Shown: positions 6,789 to 16,848 of the stretch, one piece after another
Position numbering within the stretch: the stretch's first letter is position 1
Layout: each line of letters begins with the position of its first letter
NCBI GenBank assembly: GCA_964589775.1
Contig: CAZPUN010000009.1
Span: 1 to 32,000, forward strand
Direction: 5' to 3'
Origin: an uncultured archaeon
GTDB taxonomy: Archaea; Asgardarchaeota; Thorarchaeia; Thorarchaeales; CAZPUN01
DNA length: 32,000 nt
The notes under the pieces: generated by a model
Database searches by the model: none
Told to the model about the DNA's origin: nothing
Seen by the model: only the letters and a program-made list of their open reading frames with translations
Position numbers and translations under genes: made by a program

Positions 6789-8510
6789 CTATTTAAAAGA
6801 AACCTTATCTATGATTGTTTTATCAAGAATTATCCCTGTTTTCTCTAAAAACTCTTCTTTGTTTTTATATGGCCTTTTTGATACGATGCTCGCAGCACGT
6901 TTTTTACCAATACCTGGAATTTTTTGTAATTCCGATAATTTAGCTGTGTTAATATTAAATGGATATCGCAGTATTGTAATTGATCTATATCCGTGGTCAA
7001 TAACAAAGCCATCTATATAAATTCCCAATTGCAGTTTTACTGGTGTATATGCTAAAAGCGGATACGAACCTAATTGCCTCAATAACGTATTGTTTCCTTC
7101 ATATTTTTCGCTATATAACCTTCTGATTATTGTTCCGCGAGGTACCACCTTTTGTAACATCGGTAGATCTATTTCAGTCCTAATTTTCTCCTTTTGTTTA
7201 ATAAAAAGAGAATGTGCTTTTTTACTATGTACGGATTTTGCGGTCCATAGTCGTGTTTTGCGATATGGCACTACTTGACGGATGTTTATTCTTCGCACTA
7301 GTAGGTTTTTTTCTAAGATTGTCTTTAGGAATTCATAGTTTAATTCATATGTTTTTTCGCTCTCTCCTGGTAATCCATACAATAAATTAATTCCCGGCAA
7401 TAATTCTGGCAGTCCATTATATCCGCGTTTAGCTCCCACCTCATTTAATAGTTCAATGGCTCTTAATGCTTCATCAGGATAGACTTTCAATCTATTTTGC
7501 TTAATTACTTGCGGGTCTGTAGATTCAATACCCATTGCTGCTACATCGCCTGGTGTATGATATGTAATTATTATTTTTGCAACATCTTTGGATTCTTTCG
7601 GATGGTGTGATAATGTCCCGGGATTTACATTATCTATATGTAATGTTGTAAGGTTTGGTGCTACAGTTCTTATGCCATAAAATAATTTTTTAATAGCTTC
7701 CGGATTTGGGGTTGGGAATTCTTTTTCACCAATTTCCTTGCTACCATAAGTAAAAATATCTGCTTGTCTTCCTAATCGGATATCTCGAATACCAATTTCA
7801 TATAATTCTTTTATTTCATTAATTATTGAATTCACATCTCTTAAATCTGGTATTCCATATAGTGGTTCAGTGCAAAATGAGCATCCGCCTACGATATATC
7901 TTGGGCAGCCTCGATAAGTTTCTATTTCGATTATTATATAGTTCGGAAAGTTGGGATGTTGTACTACTAATTTTGTACCCCTTTGTATAAATTCTTCAAT
8001 TTGTTTGTATGATTCTCGAATCTCCCCACGATCTCCTGCGGAGATTGAAAATTCCGAATTTACATAATTGTTTACAAATATTTCAATATCTCCAGATACG
8101 ATCGCTTCAAAATAATCATTCAATTCATTAATATCTAAGGATTTTTTTCCTCCGATTCCACCAGCGCCAAATCTGCCCCATGGTCCCCCCAATATTCTAT
8201 CAATATTTGTAAGGTTACCCAATTCGCTCATAATTTTTTTAGTTTCTCGAATCGATATTGGCGTTCCACCAATATACTTTCCCGGTACAATGGGGCCTGC
8301 AATCAGAATTACCGCTTTGGATGTGGCGATCTTTTTAATTAAATTCCAGTCTTTTCGAATTTGATCAATTGTATAATATAGTACATCAACTTCTTTATTT
8401 GCTGCCCAAATTGCTCCTGCTATATATCTCGGATATGGACTCAGATATGGTGGAACGCCTAAACATGTTGGTTCATCTACATATCCATCTATTATTGTGA
8501 TGGTGGTCAC
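6789..8510 (-). CDS. Radical SAM protein with C-terminal ComEA-type helix-hairpin-helix (COG1031-like)
   Basis: IIDGYVDEPTCLGVPPYLSPYPRY N-terminus, EIETYRGCPR..GGCSFC, and C-terminal NINTA..ELQKIPGIGKKRA. Confidence 0.85.
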   Translation of the reverse strand: MTTITIIDGYVDEPTCLGVPPYLSPYPRYIAGAIWAANKEVDVLYYTIDQIRKDWNLIKKIATSKAVILIAGPIVPGKYIGGTPISIRETKKIMSELGNLTNIDRILGGPWGRFGAGGIGGKKSLDINELNDYFEAIVSGDIEIFVNNYVNSEFSISAGDRGEIRESYKQIEEFIQRGTKLVVQHPNFPNYIIIEIETYRGCPRYIVGGCSFCTEPLYGIPDLRDVNSIINEIKELYEIGIRDIRLGRQADIFTYGSKEIGEKEFPTPNPEAIKKLFYGIRTVAPNLTTLHIDNVNPGTLSHHPKESKDVAKIIITYHTPGDVAAMGIESTDPQVIKQNRLKVYPDEALRAIELLNEVGAKRGYNGLPELLPGINLLYGLPGESEKTYELNYEFLKTILEKNLLVRRINIRQVVPYRKTRLWTAKSVHSKKAHSLFIKQKEKIRTEIDLPMLQKVVPRGTIIRRLYSEKYEGNNTLLRQLGSYPLLAYTPVKLQLGIYIDGFVIDHGYRSITILRYPFNINTAKLSELQKIPGIGKKRAASIVSKRPYKNKEEFLEKTGIILDKTIIDKVSFK

Positions 8511-8522
8511 TTTTTTTCTCTC

Positions 8523-9512
8523 TCAATTTACGAAATGCTCATAACCTGTAGGGTCCAGTCTTATTGTTGTGTCGTCCATTATTATATATACATCATCATC
8601 TGCAGTCACTCGACCCATTTCTGTAATTTTAACTTGTAGTTCTTTTGCTAATTTTCTTACTTCCTTGATATGTTTCTCGGGTATCGTCATTATTAATTGG
8701 AATTCTTCACCGCCATAAAATACCCATTCCAATGGGTTCCGATATAGGAATTCTCCTACCTTTTCAAGACCTTCAGCTATTGGAAATTCTGTAAGTAACA
8801 TTCCAACTCTGCTAGCTTCGGCGAGTTCATGAAGGCTTTTTGCAAGACCATCACTACTGTCAATTGCAGCTGAAGCTAACCCTCTTTCTGCAACGGCTAT
8901 TCCAAATTCCAGTGGTGTTTCTGGGCGTTTTAATACTGCCATTGCTCTTTGATATACCATTTCATCATTTATGTAGGCTTCATTATATAGGTGTTTTAGA
9001 CCAATTGTTGTTAACCCGAAATCGCCTGTAGCTATGACAATATCTCCAACATTTGCGCCACTTCTGCGTAACATCTTTTTGGGATTTCCTATTCCAAAAA
9101 TGACTCCGTCTAAGACAAGGTCACAAGCCTCGTTTAAATCCCCACCGAGATATCGAACTCCATATTTTTTTAAAGCTTGAGTAAAGCCCATTACAACCTC
9201 TTCTGGAACCTGCCATGTTGCTTCTCTCGGTAGAGAAACTGACAATAGTCCACCCAGTGGTTTTGCTCCTTTTGCGGCAAGATCACTTATTCCCATAACT
9301 GCAGTTTTCCAGCCTGCATCTATAAAATTAGTTTCTTTTGGCATATCTGTGGTTTTTACAAATGTATCTACATTTACAACGATAGCTAGATCTTCAGAGA
9401 GCATAAAATCCGCAGCGTCCTCATTAGGTCCTAATGTTGATACTTCATATCCATCATAATATTTCAAAAGATCTTTTATTATTTTTAATTCCCCAAATTC
9501 CGAAACTTTCAT
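8523..9512 (-). CDS. thiL: Thiamine-monophosphate kinase
   Basis: Motifs GELKII, EDAA, ISDLAAKGAKP, GGDL, RRSGANVGD, AIDSSDGL and GGEEFQL. Confidence 0.92.
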   Translation of the reverse strand: MKVSEFGELKIIKDLLKYYDGYEVSTLGPNEDAADFMLSEDLAIVVNVDTFVKTTDMPKETNFIDAGWKTAVMGISDLAAKGAKPLGGLLSVSLPREATWQVPEEVVMGFTQALKKYGVRYLGGDLNEACDLVLDGVIFGIGNPKKMLRRSGANVGDIVIATGDFGLTTIGLKHLYNEAYINDEMVYQRAMAVLKRPETPLEFGIAVAERGLASAAIDSSDGLAKSLHELAEASRVGMLLTEFPIAEGLEKVGEFLYRNPLEWVFYGGEEFQLIMTIPEKHIKEVRKLAKELQVKITEMGRVTADDDVYIIMDDTTIRLDPTGYEHFVN

Positions 9513-9596
9513 TAAATTGCACCGCTTTTGTCTTTTAACATGTAATGTAAATCAAACGAAATGTTTTTAGATATTTTGCATTATAGCTATTTTTGT

Positions 9597-9710
9597 GCCT
9601 CGGTAGCTTAGTGGCATAGCGGCAAAATCCTAATTATGGATTCCGTACGCCTCGTAAGCTTACGCAGAGTAAGCTGCAGGTCGCGGGTTCAAATCCCGCC
9701 CGGGGCTCCA
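9597..9710 (+). tRNA. tRNA-Thr(CGT) with two introns: 29/30 (9625-9648) and 37/38 (9657-9671); CCA encoded
   Basis: Acceptor GCCTCGG/CCGGGGC with T73. After removing both introns the anticodon arm reads GCAGC-CTCGTAA-GCTGC. Intron 1 forms a GCGG/CCGT helix with CAA and ACG bulges and an AATCC/GGATT stem. Confidence 0.9.
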
Positions 9711-9766
9711 TAGTTACAAATCGCCAAATTTATAATGGTATTTTGAGTAGAATTGTATAATTAATT

Positions 9767-9854
9767 GCGGAGGTTGCCAAGCCCGGTCAAAGGCGCAGGA
9801 CTGAGGCTCCTGTCCAGTAGTGGTTCGCGAGTTCAAATCTCGCCCTCCGCACCA
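9767..9854 (+). tRNA. tRNA-Leu(GAG), intronless; CCA encoded
   Basis: Acceptor GCGGAGG/CCTCCGC, anticodon arm CAGGA-CTGAGGC-TCCTG, long variable arm, TTCAAAT T-loop, A73. A TATA-like TTTATAA lies at about 9729. Confidence 0.96.
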
Positions 9855-9911
9855 TTTCTAATACACAAAACCTTTTTTAATAATCTAATTTTTGTTTCAG
9901 ATGTGATTAAA

Positions 9912-10898
9912 ATGAGTTCCGATTTTAAAGCCATTGTAATTGGTACAGGCCATATGGGGAAAATTCACGTTCGAATTTTATCTAACCTTGGCGCTCTTGC
10001 TGGTGTTGCTGATGTAAATTTAGACGCGGCGAAACAAATGTCTGAACTATACAAAGTAGATTATGATACAGATTACAAGGCATTAATAAAAAGAGTAAAT
10101 CCCGATTACGTAATAATTTCTGCGCCGTCTCAATTGCATGCAAAAATCTCTATTGACATTCTTGAAAACTTTGATATTAAGGGAATTTTAATTGAAAAGC
10201 CTGTTGCTGAAAATATTGATGATGCGACTAAACTAAAAGAAATTATCGATAAAAGAAAAATTATTGCAATTATCGGACATTCTGAAGTTTACAATCCCAT
10301 AATTGATAGAACACTTTCACTGTTAAGGCAAAATGCAATTGGTGAAGTTAGGCATGTTGTTCATGATCGTCGTGGCTCTGTCCAGCCCGAACGTATTAAA
10401 TCATTAGGTGATGTTTTCGAAGATATTGGCGTTCATGATTTTGATATTATGGCACGTATCTCACAAGGTCATGGCGAATTGTATGCCGTTGCGAATTCAT
10501 ATAATGGCATATATAATGCAGGTACTGTCTCTGTGACTTTTGATAATGGGCGTATCCATATTGTTCATCTTTCTCGTGAATTTGCCGGGCGTCGTAGATC
10601 TATGCTAATTTCTGGAACTGATGGTACAATGGATATTGATTTATTTGGTCAAATAATTAATGTTCAGGCACTCTCTCCTGCGGAGAGTGAAAGTAAAGCC
10701 ATACGACTACCTTTCCGTGGAACTGCAATAAAGGTATATGGAGAACCCCTTCTTGAACTGCATATGAATCTATTAAATTCGCTTCGTGGTAAAGAAACTC
10801 CAAAAGTTACTATTGATGATGGTGTTCGTGCGATAAAATTAGTAGAAGCTACACGAGAATCATTAAAGACTAAGAAGCCTGTTGAAATTGATGTATAG
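9912..10898 (+). CDS. Gfo/Idh/MocA family NAD(P)-dependent oxidoreductase
   Basis: Motifs VIGTGHMGKIH, LIEKP and DIGVHDFD. The start is corrected to ATG 9912 because the track start at 9765 runs through tRNA-Leu. Confidence 0.88.
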   Translation: MSSDFKAIVIGTGHMGKIHVRILSNLGALAGVADVNLDAAKQMSELYKVDYDTDYKALIKRVNPDYVIISAPSQLHAKISIDILENFDIKGILIEKPVAENIDDATKLKEIIDKRKIIAIIGHSEVYNPIIDRTLSLLRQNAIGEVRHVVHDRRGSVQPERIKSLGDVFEDIGVHDFDIMARISQGHGELYAVANSYNGIYNAGTVSVTFDNGRIHIVHLSREFAGRRRSMLISGTDGTMDIDLFGQIINVQALSPAESESKAIRLPFRGTAIKVYGEPLLELHMNLLNSLRGKETPKVTIDDGVRAIKLVEATRESLKTKKPVEIDV

Positions 10899-10904
10899 TT
10901 CTAA

Positions 10905-10940
10905 AATCTCCTTAAATTGGGAGATTGTTATTTCTTTTTT
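10905..10940 (+). terminator. Hairpin plus T-tract after the oxidoreductase
   Basis: AATCTCC-ttaaattg-GGAGATT followed by TTTCTTTTTT, between convergent genes. Confidence 0.45.
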
Positions 10941-10990
10941 ATCGACTTGAATTGAATTGAAATTTAGGGTCTTAATCTGGCATTTTATTG

Positions 10991-12304
10991 TTATTTTGTT
11001 ATTTTTCCAACTAAATATGTAGGGGTTGCATCTGTGATGCGTACTTTTACAAAACTACCTAAGTGAAGTGAATCATGAACTATTATGTTTTTATACCAAT
11101 CATTTCTTATGACATATCCTCCTTTAGGGGCAATTTCAGCTACAAGTCCCATACCTACCCAATCGATCCATTTTTCATTATTTTGTAATGTTATTTCCTT
11201 TACAATTCTAGACAACTCAGTGCTGCGTCTTTTCTTAATTGATGTTTCCACTTTATTTTTCATTTTAGATGCAAGAGTTTTCGGACGATCTCCGTACTTT
11301 GAAATGTTTGTTATATCTGGTTTGATTTTTTCTATTAGCTTAATCGTTTGTTCGAAATCTTCCTCTGTTTCTCCGGGAAATCCAACAATTATATCCGTTG
11401 ATATTGTGATATTGTTTATGTGTGTTCTAAACCTCTGGGCAATTTCAAGCCATTTTTCAGATGTATATTTTCGGAGCATCGCTTTTAAAATTCTATTACT
11501 ACCACTTTGAACCGGAATATGCACAAATTTGTATATTTTCTCATGTTTGAATACTTCTATTAGTTCATTTATGAACGGTAATGCCGTATCAACATTAAAC
11601 ATGCCTATTCTCATACGATAAATTCCATTGATTTCTGTGAGTTTTTCTATTAATTTTGCCAAATTTGTGTTTATATCGTATCCATATGATGCACAATCTT
11701 GTGATGTAATCCATATATCTTTATACTCTTGCTGTATTGCTTTGTATACTTCTGCATATATCTCATTTGGATCAAAACTATGCAGACTTCCTCTTGCAAA
11801 TTTTACGGCACAATATGCACAATTTCCCAAGCATCCTTCATTTATTGGTACTATATATGTTGGGAATCTATGTATTACTCTCGAAACGCCTACTTTTGAT
11901 TCTTTGTGTATTTTTATTGAGACTAATTGTTCTTCACTTTGTTTAGAAATAAGGGTCTTCAGCTCTGAAATTGACCTCGGACCTATTATTATTTGTGCAT
12001 TTGGTGCAGACCGTTTTACACGTTCAAAATTTATTCTTGGCAGACAACCTGCAATGATTAGTTTTTTGTTCATTTTATTTAGTCTGGATAATCTATGGAT
12101 GATCTTTGATTCAGTAACCTCTTTTACGCCGCACGTATTGATAATAACAAAATCGGCATCATTAATAATTGAAGTTTCAGTTAATCCCAAATTAGTTAAT
12201 TGGCCTGCTATTATTTCACTATCTGCTTGATTGAATGCACAGCCATACGTTTCTATGTAAAATTTTTTTCCTCTTATGTCTGCAGTCACCCAAGATATCT
12301 CCAC
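10991..12304 (-). CDS. mtaB: tRNA t6A37 methylthiotransferase (archaeal MtaB/CDKAL1-type)
   Basis: UPF0004 motifs ETYGCAFNQADSE, INTCGVK and AGC; radical SAM EGCLGNCAYC; HIPVQSGS; TDIIVGFPGET; C-terminal TRAM domain. Confidence 0.9.
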   Translation of the reverse strand: MEISWVTADIRGKKFYIETYGCAFNQADSEIIAGQLTNLGLTETSIINDADFVIINTCGVKEVTESKIIHRLSRLNKMNKKLIIAGCLPRINFERVKRSAPNAQIIIGPRSISELKTLISKQSEEQLVSIKIHKESKVGVSRVIHRFPTYIVPINEGCLGNCAYCAVKFARGSLHSFDPNEIYAEVYKAIQQEYKDIWITSQDCASYGYDINTNLAKLIEKLTEINGIYRMRIGMFNVDTALPFINELIEVFKHEKIYKFVHIPVQSGSNRILKAMLRKYTSEKWLEIAQRFRTHINNITISTDIIVGFPGETEEDFEQTIKLIEKIKPDITNISKYGDRPKTLASKMKNKVETSIKKRRSTELSRIVKEITLQNNEKWIDWVGMGLVAEIAPKGGYVIRNDWYKNIIVHDSLHLGSFVKVRITDATPTYLVGKITK

Positions 12305-12392
12305 ATAAATAATTTTATTTGTTCATTTACAAATTAGTTATAAAGTATTTTTGTATCTCTATACATAACAAAGAGTATTGGAGTCGTTCCAT

Positions 12393-14594
12393 ATGGGGAA
12401 AAAGGAATCGAAAAGAGTTCTTGTCAAAACATCAAATTTCAAATTTGCAAAAAATGTATTTAATGCCAAATGGTCTCCTGACTTTACTATGATCGCGGTT
12501 GCTGCTTCTGAAGGTATGATTTATATATTTGATACGGTAAATCATCGTATTTTGTTGGAGATTCCATGTCATGAGTCTGATATTCTTGATGTTGCATGGT
12601 CTCCTGATGGTAAATTGCTTTATTCTGTTTCATATGATGAATCAATCTCCTTATGGGACGCTTTATCTGGCAAATTTATTGATGAAAAAGAAAATGCACA
12701 TCTTCGAGAAATATATACTGTTGCAGTATCGCCAGATGGTAATATGATTGCGACTGGTAGTGGAGACAAAATAATTTCCATTTGGGATTCCAAATTAAAG
12801 AAAATTTCTGAACTAAAGGGCCATAAATCTGAAATTAATAAAGTAATTTGGTCTAAAGACAATCTTCTCATATCTTGTGAAGATGGGAAGAATGTTTTTG
12901 TTTGGGAATTTGGTAAAAAGAAGCCGAAATTAATCTATAAGCGTCATAAAGATTTCGTTAAGGATATTTATCGTTTAAATGAATCAAAAATATATACTGC
13001 TTCTTACGATGGTACAATTCACCTGTGGTCGCTTGAGAAGGGCGAATTAGAAACTAAAATTGATATAGGGGATTCTATTGAGCGTATTTCATATAATCCA
13101 AATAATAATACAATTGCAGTTGGGACTGTCCGTGGCGATGTTTATATTGTTGACAATAGTGGTAAGATCATAATTGAGTTACCTTCCCATGATTGCGGTA
13201 TCGTTGCGCTTGCATGGGATAATAAAGGGCAACGTCTTTTTTCAATATCCTCCGATGGTGAACTACGAATTCATCAAATTTCACAATTGGCATATAAAAC
13301 TGGGAAAATTGAAATCGGCGAGTCAGAGTATGAGTCTTTAATTTTGAAAAGCGTAAAGCCAATCGAACCTATTGAAAAGCTTCCAAGTAAGAAAAAGCTT
13401 GAAGAATTACCGGTAGATCAATTAATAGCATCTGCATCTGAACATGCATCTCGTGCTGAAGAAGCATTTAAAGCTCACGATTATGAGACTGCAAAACGAC
13501 TTTGGGAAACTTCAAAAACATACCTGGAACTTGTTATGAAAATGGAGAAAAAGAAATCACCCCTATGGACTAAAGCCAAAGATCGTATTGAAATACTAAA
13601 TATGAATCTTAGATTGTTAGAATTTGCTAAATTTTATGAGCCTGCGATGATGAATTACGAAAGTGCAATGAATTTGCTATCCTCCGATGATCTCACTTTA
13701 ATTGATTATGAAACAATACTTTCATCATTAAAAACTGCAAAAGAGCAGTTCAAGAAAGCTGAATCTGTTGCGAAAAAACAAAAAATGAAAGATCGTGTTG
13801 CCGAATGCAAAGAAAAAGTTCGAGAAATATCAGATAAAGAATCTGAATTAAAAGAAATAATTAAAAAGCTAGAGAAGACTGAGCAAATAACCGAAATAAA
13901 GCGTGAGTTATCTATTGTTCTGGATAAATGTAAATCTGATTTCAAGCATAGGTCGTTTGAAGCGTTACCCGAAAGCCTTGAGAAAGCACGAGGATTATTA
14001 TATAGCCTGAGAGATGTTGATAAAGATTCACAGGAATTTGTTGAAAAGGAACTTGAATCATTGAATGATATGGAAAAGCAGATGGAATATATATTGGATC
14101 AACAAAGAATCGAAGATGAAGTTAAATCGCTTTCTGATTTGGAAACCTCTATGAAACGATATTTCAAGGAGTCCAATTTTGACAAAACTATTGGTGCTGC
14201 TGAAAATCTTAAGAATCTCTCTGAATCTTTGAAAATTGAATGTTCTTCATTTGGATTAGAACGATTAATTAGCATATTGGACAAATATATCTCCGAGTCT
14301 GAATCGATTTTGGAAAAAGTTCGGGAAATGCAGGAACTCTCTGAATTCCAAGAACGTGTAAATGAAACAATTCGAAAATACAATAGTTCATTTGAAATTA
14401 AAGATTTTCATAAACGTATTAATAGTATAAAAAATGTACTTAAGGAGATAGAGTCGCTTATTGATGAGGGCTCATCTAAGGGATATGATACCTCTGAATT
14501 AAAAGAGGTACTCAAAACAGGATCTAAGAAAGTAGAAGAATTAGAATCAAAAATTGATAAAAGTTTAGACAAGATCAAACCTATTGATATTTAA
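12393..14594 (+). CDS. WD40 beta-propeller (7 repeats) fused to a long helical-repeat/coiled-coil region
   Basis: Seven xH...WD-type repeats in the first ~300 aa (e.g. HESDILDVAWSPDG..SLWD, HLREIYTVAVSPDG..SIWD), then ~400 aa of E/K-rich amphipathic helices. The start is ATG 12393 or TTG 12378. Confidence 0.88.
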   Translation: MGKKESKRVLVKTSNFKFAKNVFNAKWSPDFTMIAVAASEGMIYIFDTVNHRILLEIPCHESDILDVAWSPDGKLLYSVSYDESISLWDALSGKFIDEKENAHLREIYTVAVSPDGNMIATGSGDKIISIWDSKLKKISELKGHKSEINKVIWSKDNLLISCEDGKNVFVWEFGKKKPKLIYKRHKDFVKDIYRLNESKIYTASYDGTIHLWSLEKGELETKIDIGDSIERISYNPNNNTIAVGTVRGDVYIVDNSGKIIIELPSHDCGIVALAWDNKGQRLFSISSDGELRIHQISQLAYKTGKIEIGESEYESLILKSVKPIEPIEKLPSKKKLEELPVDQLIASASEHASRAEEAFKAHDYETAKRLWETSKTYLELVMKMEKKKSPLWTKAKDRIEILNMNLRLLEFAKFYEPAMMNYESAMNLLSSDDLTLIDYETILSSLKTAKEQFKKAESVAKKQKMKDRVAECKEKVREISDKESELKEIIKKLEKTEQITEIKRELSIVLDKCKSDFKHRSFEALPESLEKARGLLYSLRDVDKDSQEFVEKELESLNDMEKQMEYILDQQRIEDEVKSLSDLETSMKRYFKESNFDKTIGAAENLKNLSESLKIECSSFGLERLISILDKYISESESILEKVREMQELSEFQERVNETIRKYNSSFEIKDFHKRINSIKNVLKEIESLIDEGSSKGYDTSELKEVLKTGSKKVEELESKIDKSLDKIKPIDI

Positions 14595-15271
14595 GCAATT
14601 TCAAAAATTTTTTCATTTTTTGTTCTTTTAGGCACAATATCTAATATGCTTATTTTTGATATGTATTTTATGTCTGCCATGCGGCCTAATTTTATTAGAT
14701 GTTGCCCATGGTTTGATGCTATTAATGATTTTAATAGATCTTTTTCCGAAATTTTTACTATGTTTTCCGACAAAACGCTTTGTTTTATATAGTTCGCAAT
14801 ATAATCATCTTCAAGACTGGGGGCTCCCGCTTTTCCCGCAGGGATTATTAATATCCGTTTATAATCATTTGATAAAATCCAGTTGATTACTGATTCATAA
14901 TTTAATGATGATGCTATGATTATGTTTTTGAATTGTTGAAATTTTGCTGCTGCCTTACTAAAATTACTTGTTGTTAGTACAATATGCTTGTTTACGATTT
15001 TTTTGTTATTTATAAATTCTAAAGGACTATTTCCGAAATCAAAACCTTGTACTCTTATTCCATTTCTTTCTCCAGCGATAAGAAAGTCTTGATTGTTTCT
15101 ATATTGTATTGTTTCTTTAATTGTCTTTACGGTAATTATAGATTTTGCTCCATTTGACAAGATTGATAGAATCGTGCTACTTGCACGTAAGACATCTATT
15201 AGAACTACTAAACTATTTTCATTATTTCTAATATCTGGTTTATTAAGGGGATGTATAATTTCTGCATACAT
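14591..15271 (-). CDS. comB: 2-phosphosulfolactate phosphatase family protein
   Basis: Motifs VLIDVLRASSTI, AGERNG, GFDFGNSP, LTTSN and SLEDD. Confidence 0.88.
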   Translation of the reverse strand: MYAEIIHPLNKPDIRNNENSLVVLIDVLRASSTILSILSNGAKSIITVKTIKETIQYRNNQDFLIAGERNGIRVQGFDFGNSPLEFINNKKIVNKHIVLTTSNFSKAAAKFQQFKNIIIASSLNYESVINWILSNDYKRILIIPAGKAGAPSLEDDYIANYIKQSVLSENIVKISEKDLLKSLIASNHGQHLIKLGRMADIKYISKISILDIVPKRTKNEKIFEIA

Positions 15272-15300
15272 TTTTACAATAAAAAAGAAGGAAAATGTGT

Positions 15301-16848
15301 TTAATTATGTTTCTTCATGTACATTCTCCATGTCAATGCCATTGTCTTTGGATGTGCTGCTTTTACTTCATCGATCGGGCCTACTGCTGTATTATGTGGT
15401 GCAGTTTTCAAAATTTCGGGATTTGTATATGCTTCTTCAGAAATCTTTTTCATAGCGTCAATCATTAGATCCAAGTTTTCTTTTGATTCCGTTTCAGTAG
15501 GTTCAATCATTAGTGCTTCTGGTACAATTAATGGGAAGTAAATAGTCGGTGCATGTATTCCAAAATCAAGAAGCCTCTTTGCAACATTAAGTGCGGATAT
15601 CCCTGTTTCTTTTAGTAATGGTTCTGCAGTTATTATTGCTTCATGCTTTCTTGGTAATGTTTGTGAGTGTGATAGAGCAAATCCTTTGATTTCTGCTATT
15701 TTTCTTCCCAAGTAATTTGCATTAAGAACGCTAGTTTCGGAAGCATTCTTCAATCCTTCTGGACCCATAGCTAAGATATATGCGTATGCCCTAATTAAGA
15801 CACCAAAGTTTCCATGAAATGATTTGACACGCCCAATAGAATGTGGAATATCATATTTTAAGAAATATTTCTTTCCATCGAAATCCACAATGGGCTTTGG
15901 TAAGAAGTCTGCTAGATGTTTCTTTACGCCTACCGCACCTGCACCTGGGCCTCCGCCTCCATGTGGAGTTGAGAATGTCTTATGTAGGTTCATATGTACA
16001 ATATCGAATCCCATATCACCCGGTCTAGCTTTGCCCATGATTGCGTTCAGATTGGCTCCATCGTAATATAAAAGACCTCCTGCATCATGTATGATCTTTG
16101 CAATTTCTTCAATATCCTTTTCAAAAAGTCCTAACGTGTTAGGATTTGTTAGCATGATTCCTGCTGTTTTTTCAGATACTGCAGCTTTGAGAGCTTCGAT
16201 ATCTACTAATCCTTCTTCAGTTGAGGGTAATTCGATTGTATGAAATCCGGCCATTGCAGATGATGCTGGATTTGTTCCATGTGCTGAATCCGGCACAATC
16301 ATCTCAGTTCGTTGTTCTGCTTCTCCTCGCAATTCATGATATTTTCGGATTATTAATACTCCAACTAATTCACCATGTGCTCCTGCCGAGGGTTGTAATG
16401 TTATTTTGTCCATTCCCGAAATTTCTGCTAACCATTGTTGGAGTTCATACATTATTTGTAATGAGCCCTGGCAATCATCTTCATTTTGTAATGGATGTAG
16501 ATCTGTAACTTTGTCTAATGATGAAACAAGTTCATTGATTTTTGGATTATACTTCATTGTACAAGAACCTAATGGATAAAATCCTGAATCCACGCCATAA
16601 TTCATTTCTGATAATCTAGTATAATGCCTTACAACTTCTATTTCTGCAACTTCAGGCAGTTCAGGAGGCGTACTACGGATTAAGGCTTTAGGAATCTTTG
16701 ATTTTATATCTCCAATTTCTTTTATAATCTCTTTATCTGGTTCCGGAACATTATGCCCAACTTGTTCTTTTGTACTCTTCAAGAAAATAATAGGCTCATG
16801 CCAGCGAGCTTGTCTGTATATATCATCTAACTTATTTGCTTGGCTCAT
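15301..16848 (-). CDS. gcvPB: Glycine dehydrogenase (decarboxylating) subunit 2
   Basis: Motifs [40 protein letters not shown] and the PLP-lysine motif [16 protein letters not shown]. Confidence 0.97.
   Translation of the reverse strand: MSQANKLDDIYRQARWHEPIIFLKSTKEQVGHNVPEPDKEIIKEIGDIKSKIPKALIRSTPPELPEVAEIEVVRHYTRLSEMNYGVDSGFYPLGSCTMKYNPKINELVSSLDKVTDLHPLQNEDDCQGSLQIMYELQQWLAEISGMDKITLQPSAGAHGELVGVLIIRKYHELRGEAEQRTEMIVPDSAHGTNPASSAMAGFHTIELPSTEEGLVDIEALKAAVSEKTAGIMLTNPNTLGLFEKDIEEIAKIIHDAGGLLYYDGANLNAIMGKARPGDMGFDIVHMNLHKTFSTPHGGGGPGAGAVGVKKHLADFLPKPIVDFDGKKYFLKYDIPHSIGRVKSFHGNFGVLIRAYAYILAMGPEGLKNASETSVLNANYLGRKIAEIKGFALSHSQTLPRKHEAIITAEPLLKETGISALNVAKRLLDFGIHAPTIYFPLIVPEALMIEPTETESKENLDLMIDAMKKISEEAYTNPEILKTAPHNTAVGPIDEVKAAHPKTMALTWRMYMKKHN

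Noticed and set aside
9765-9911. N-terminal extension of the 377-aa ORF
   Set aside because: It is a translation of tRNA-Leu(GAG); the Rossmann motif begins right after ATG 9912.
11085-12230. Long antisense ORFs (e.g. 11085-11510, 11628-12230, also 19449-19973 and 23958-24491)
   Set aside because: They are shadow frames of well-supported genes on the opposite strand, with no independent motifs.
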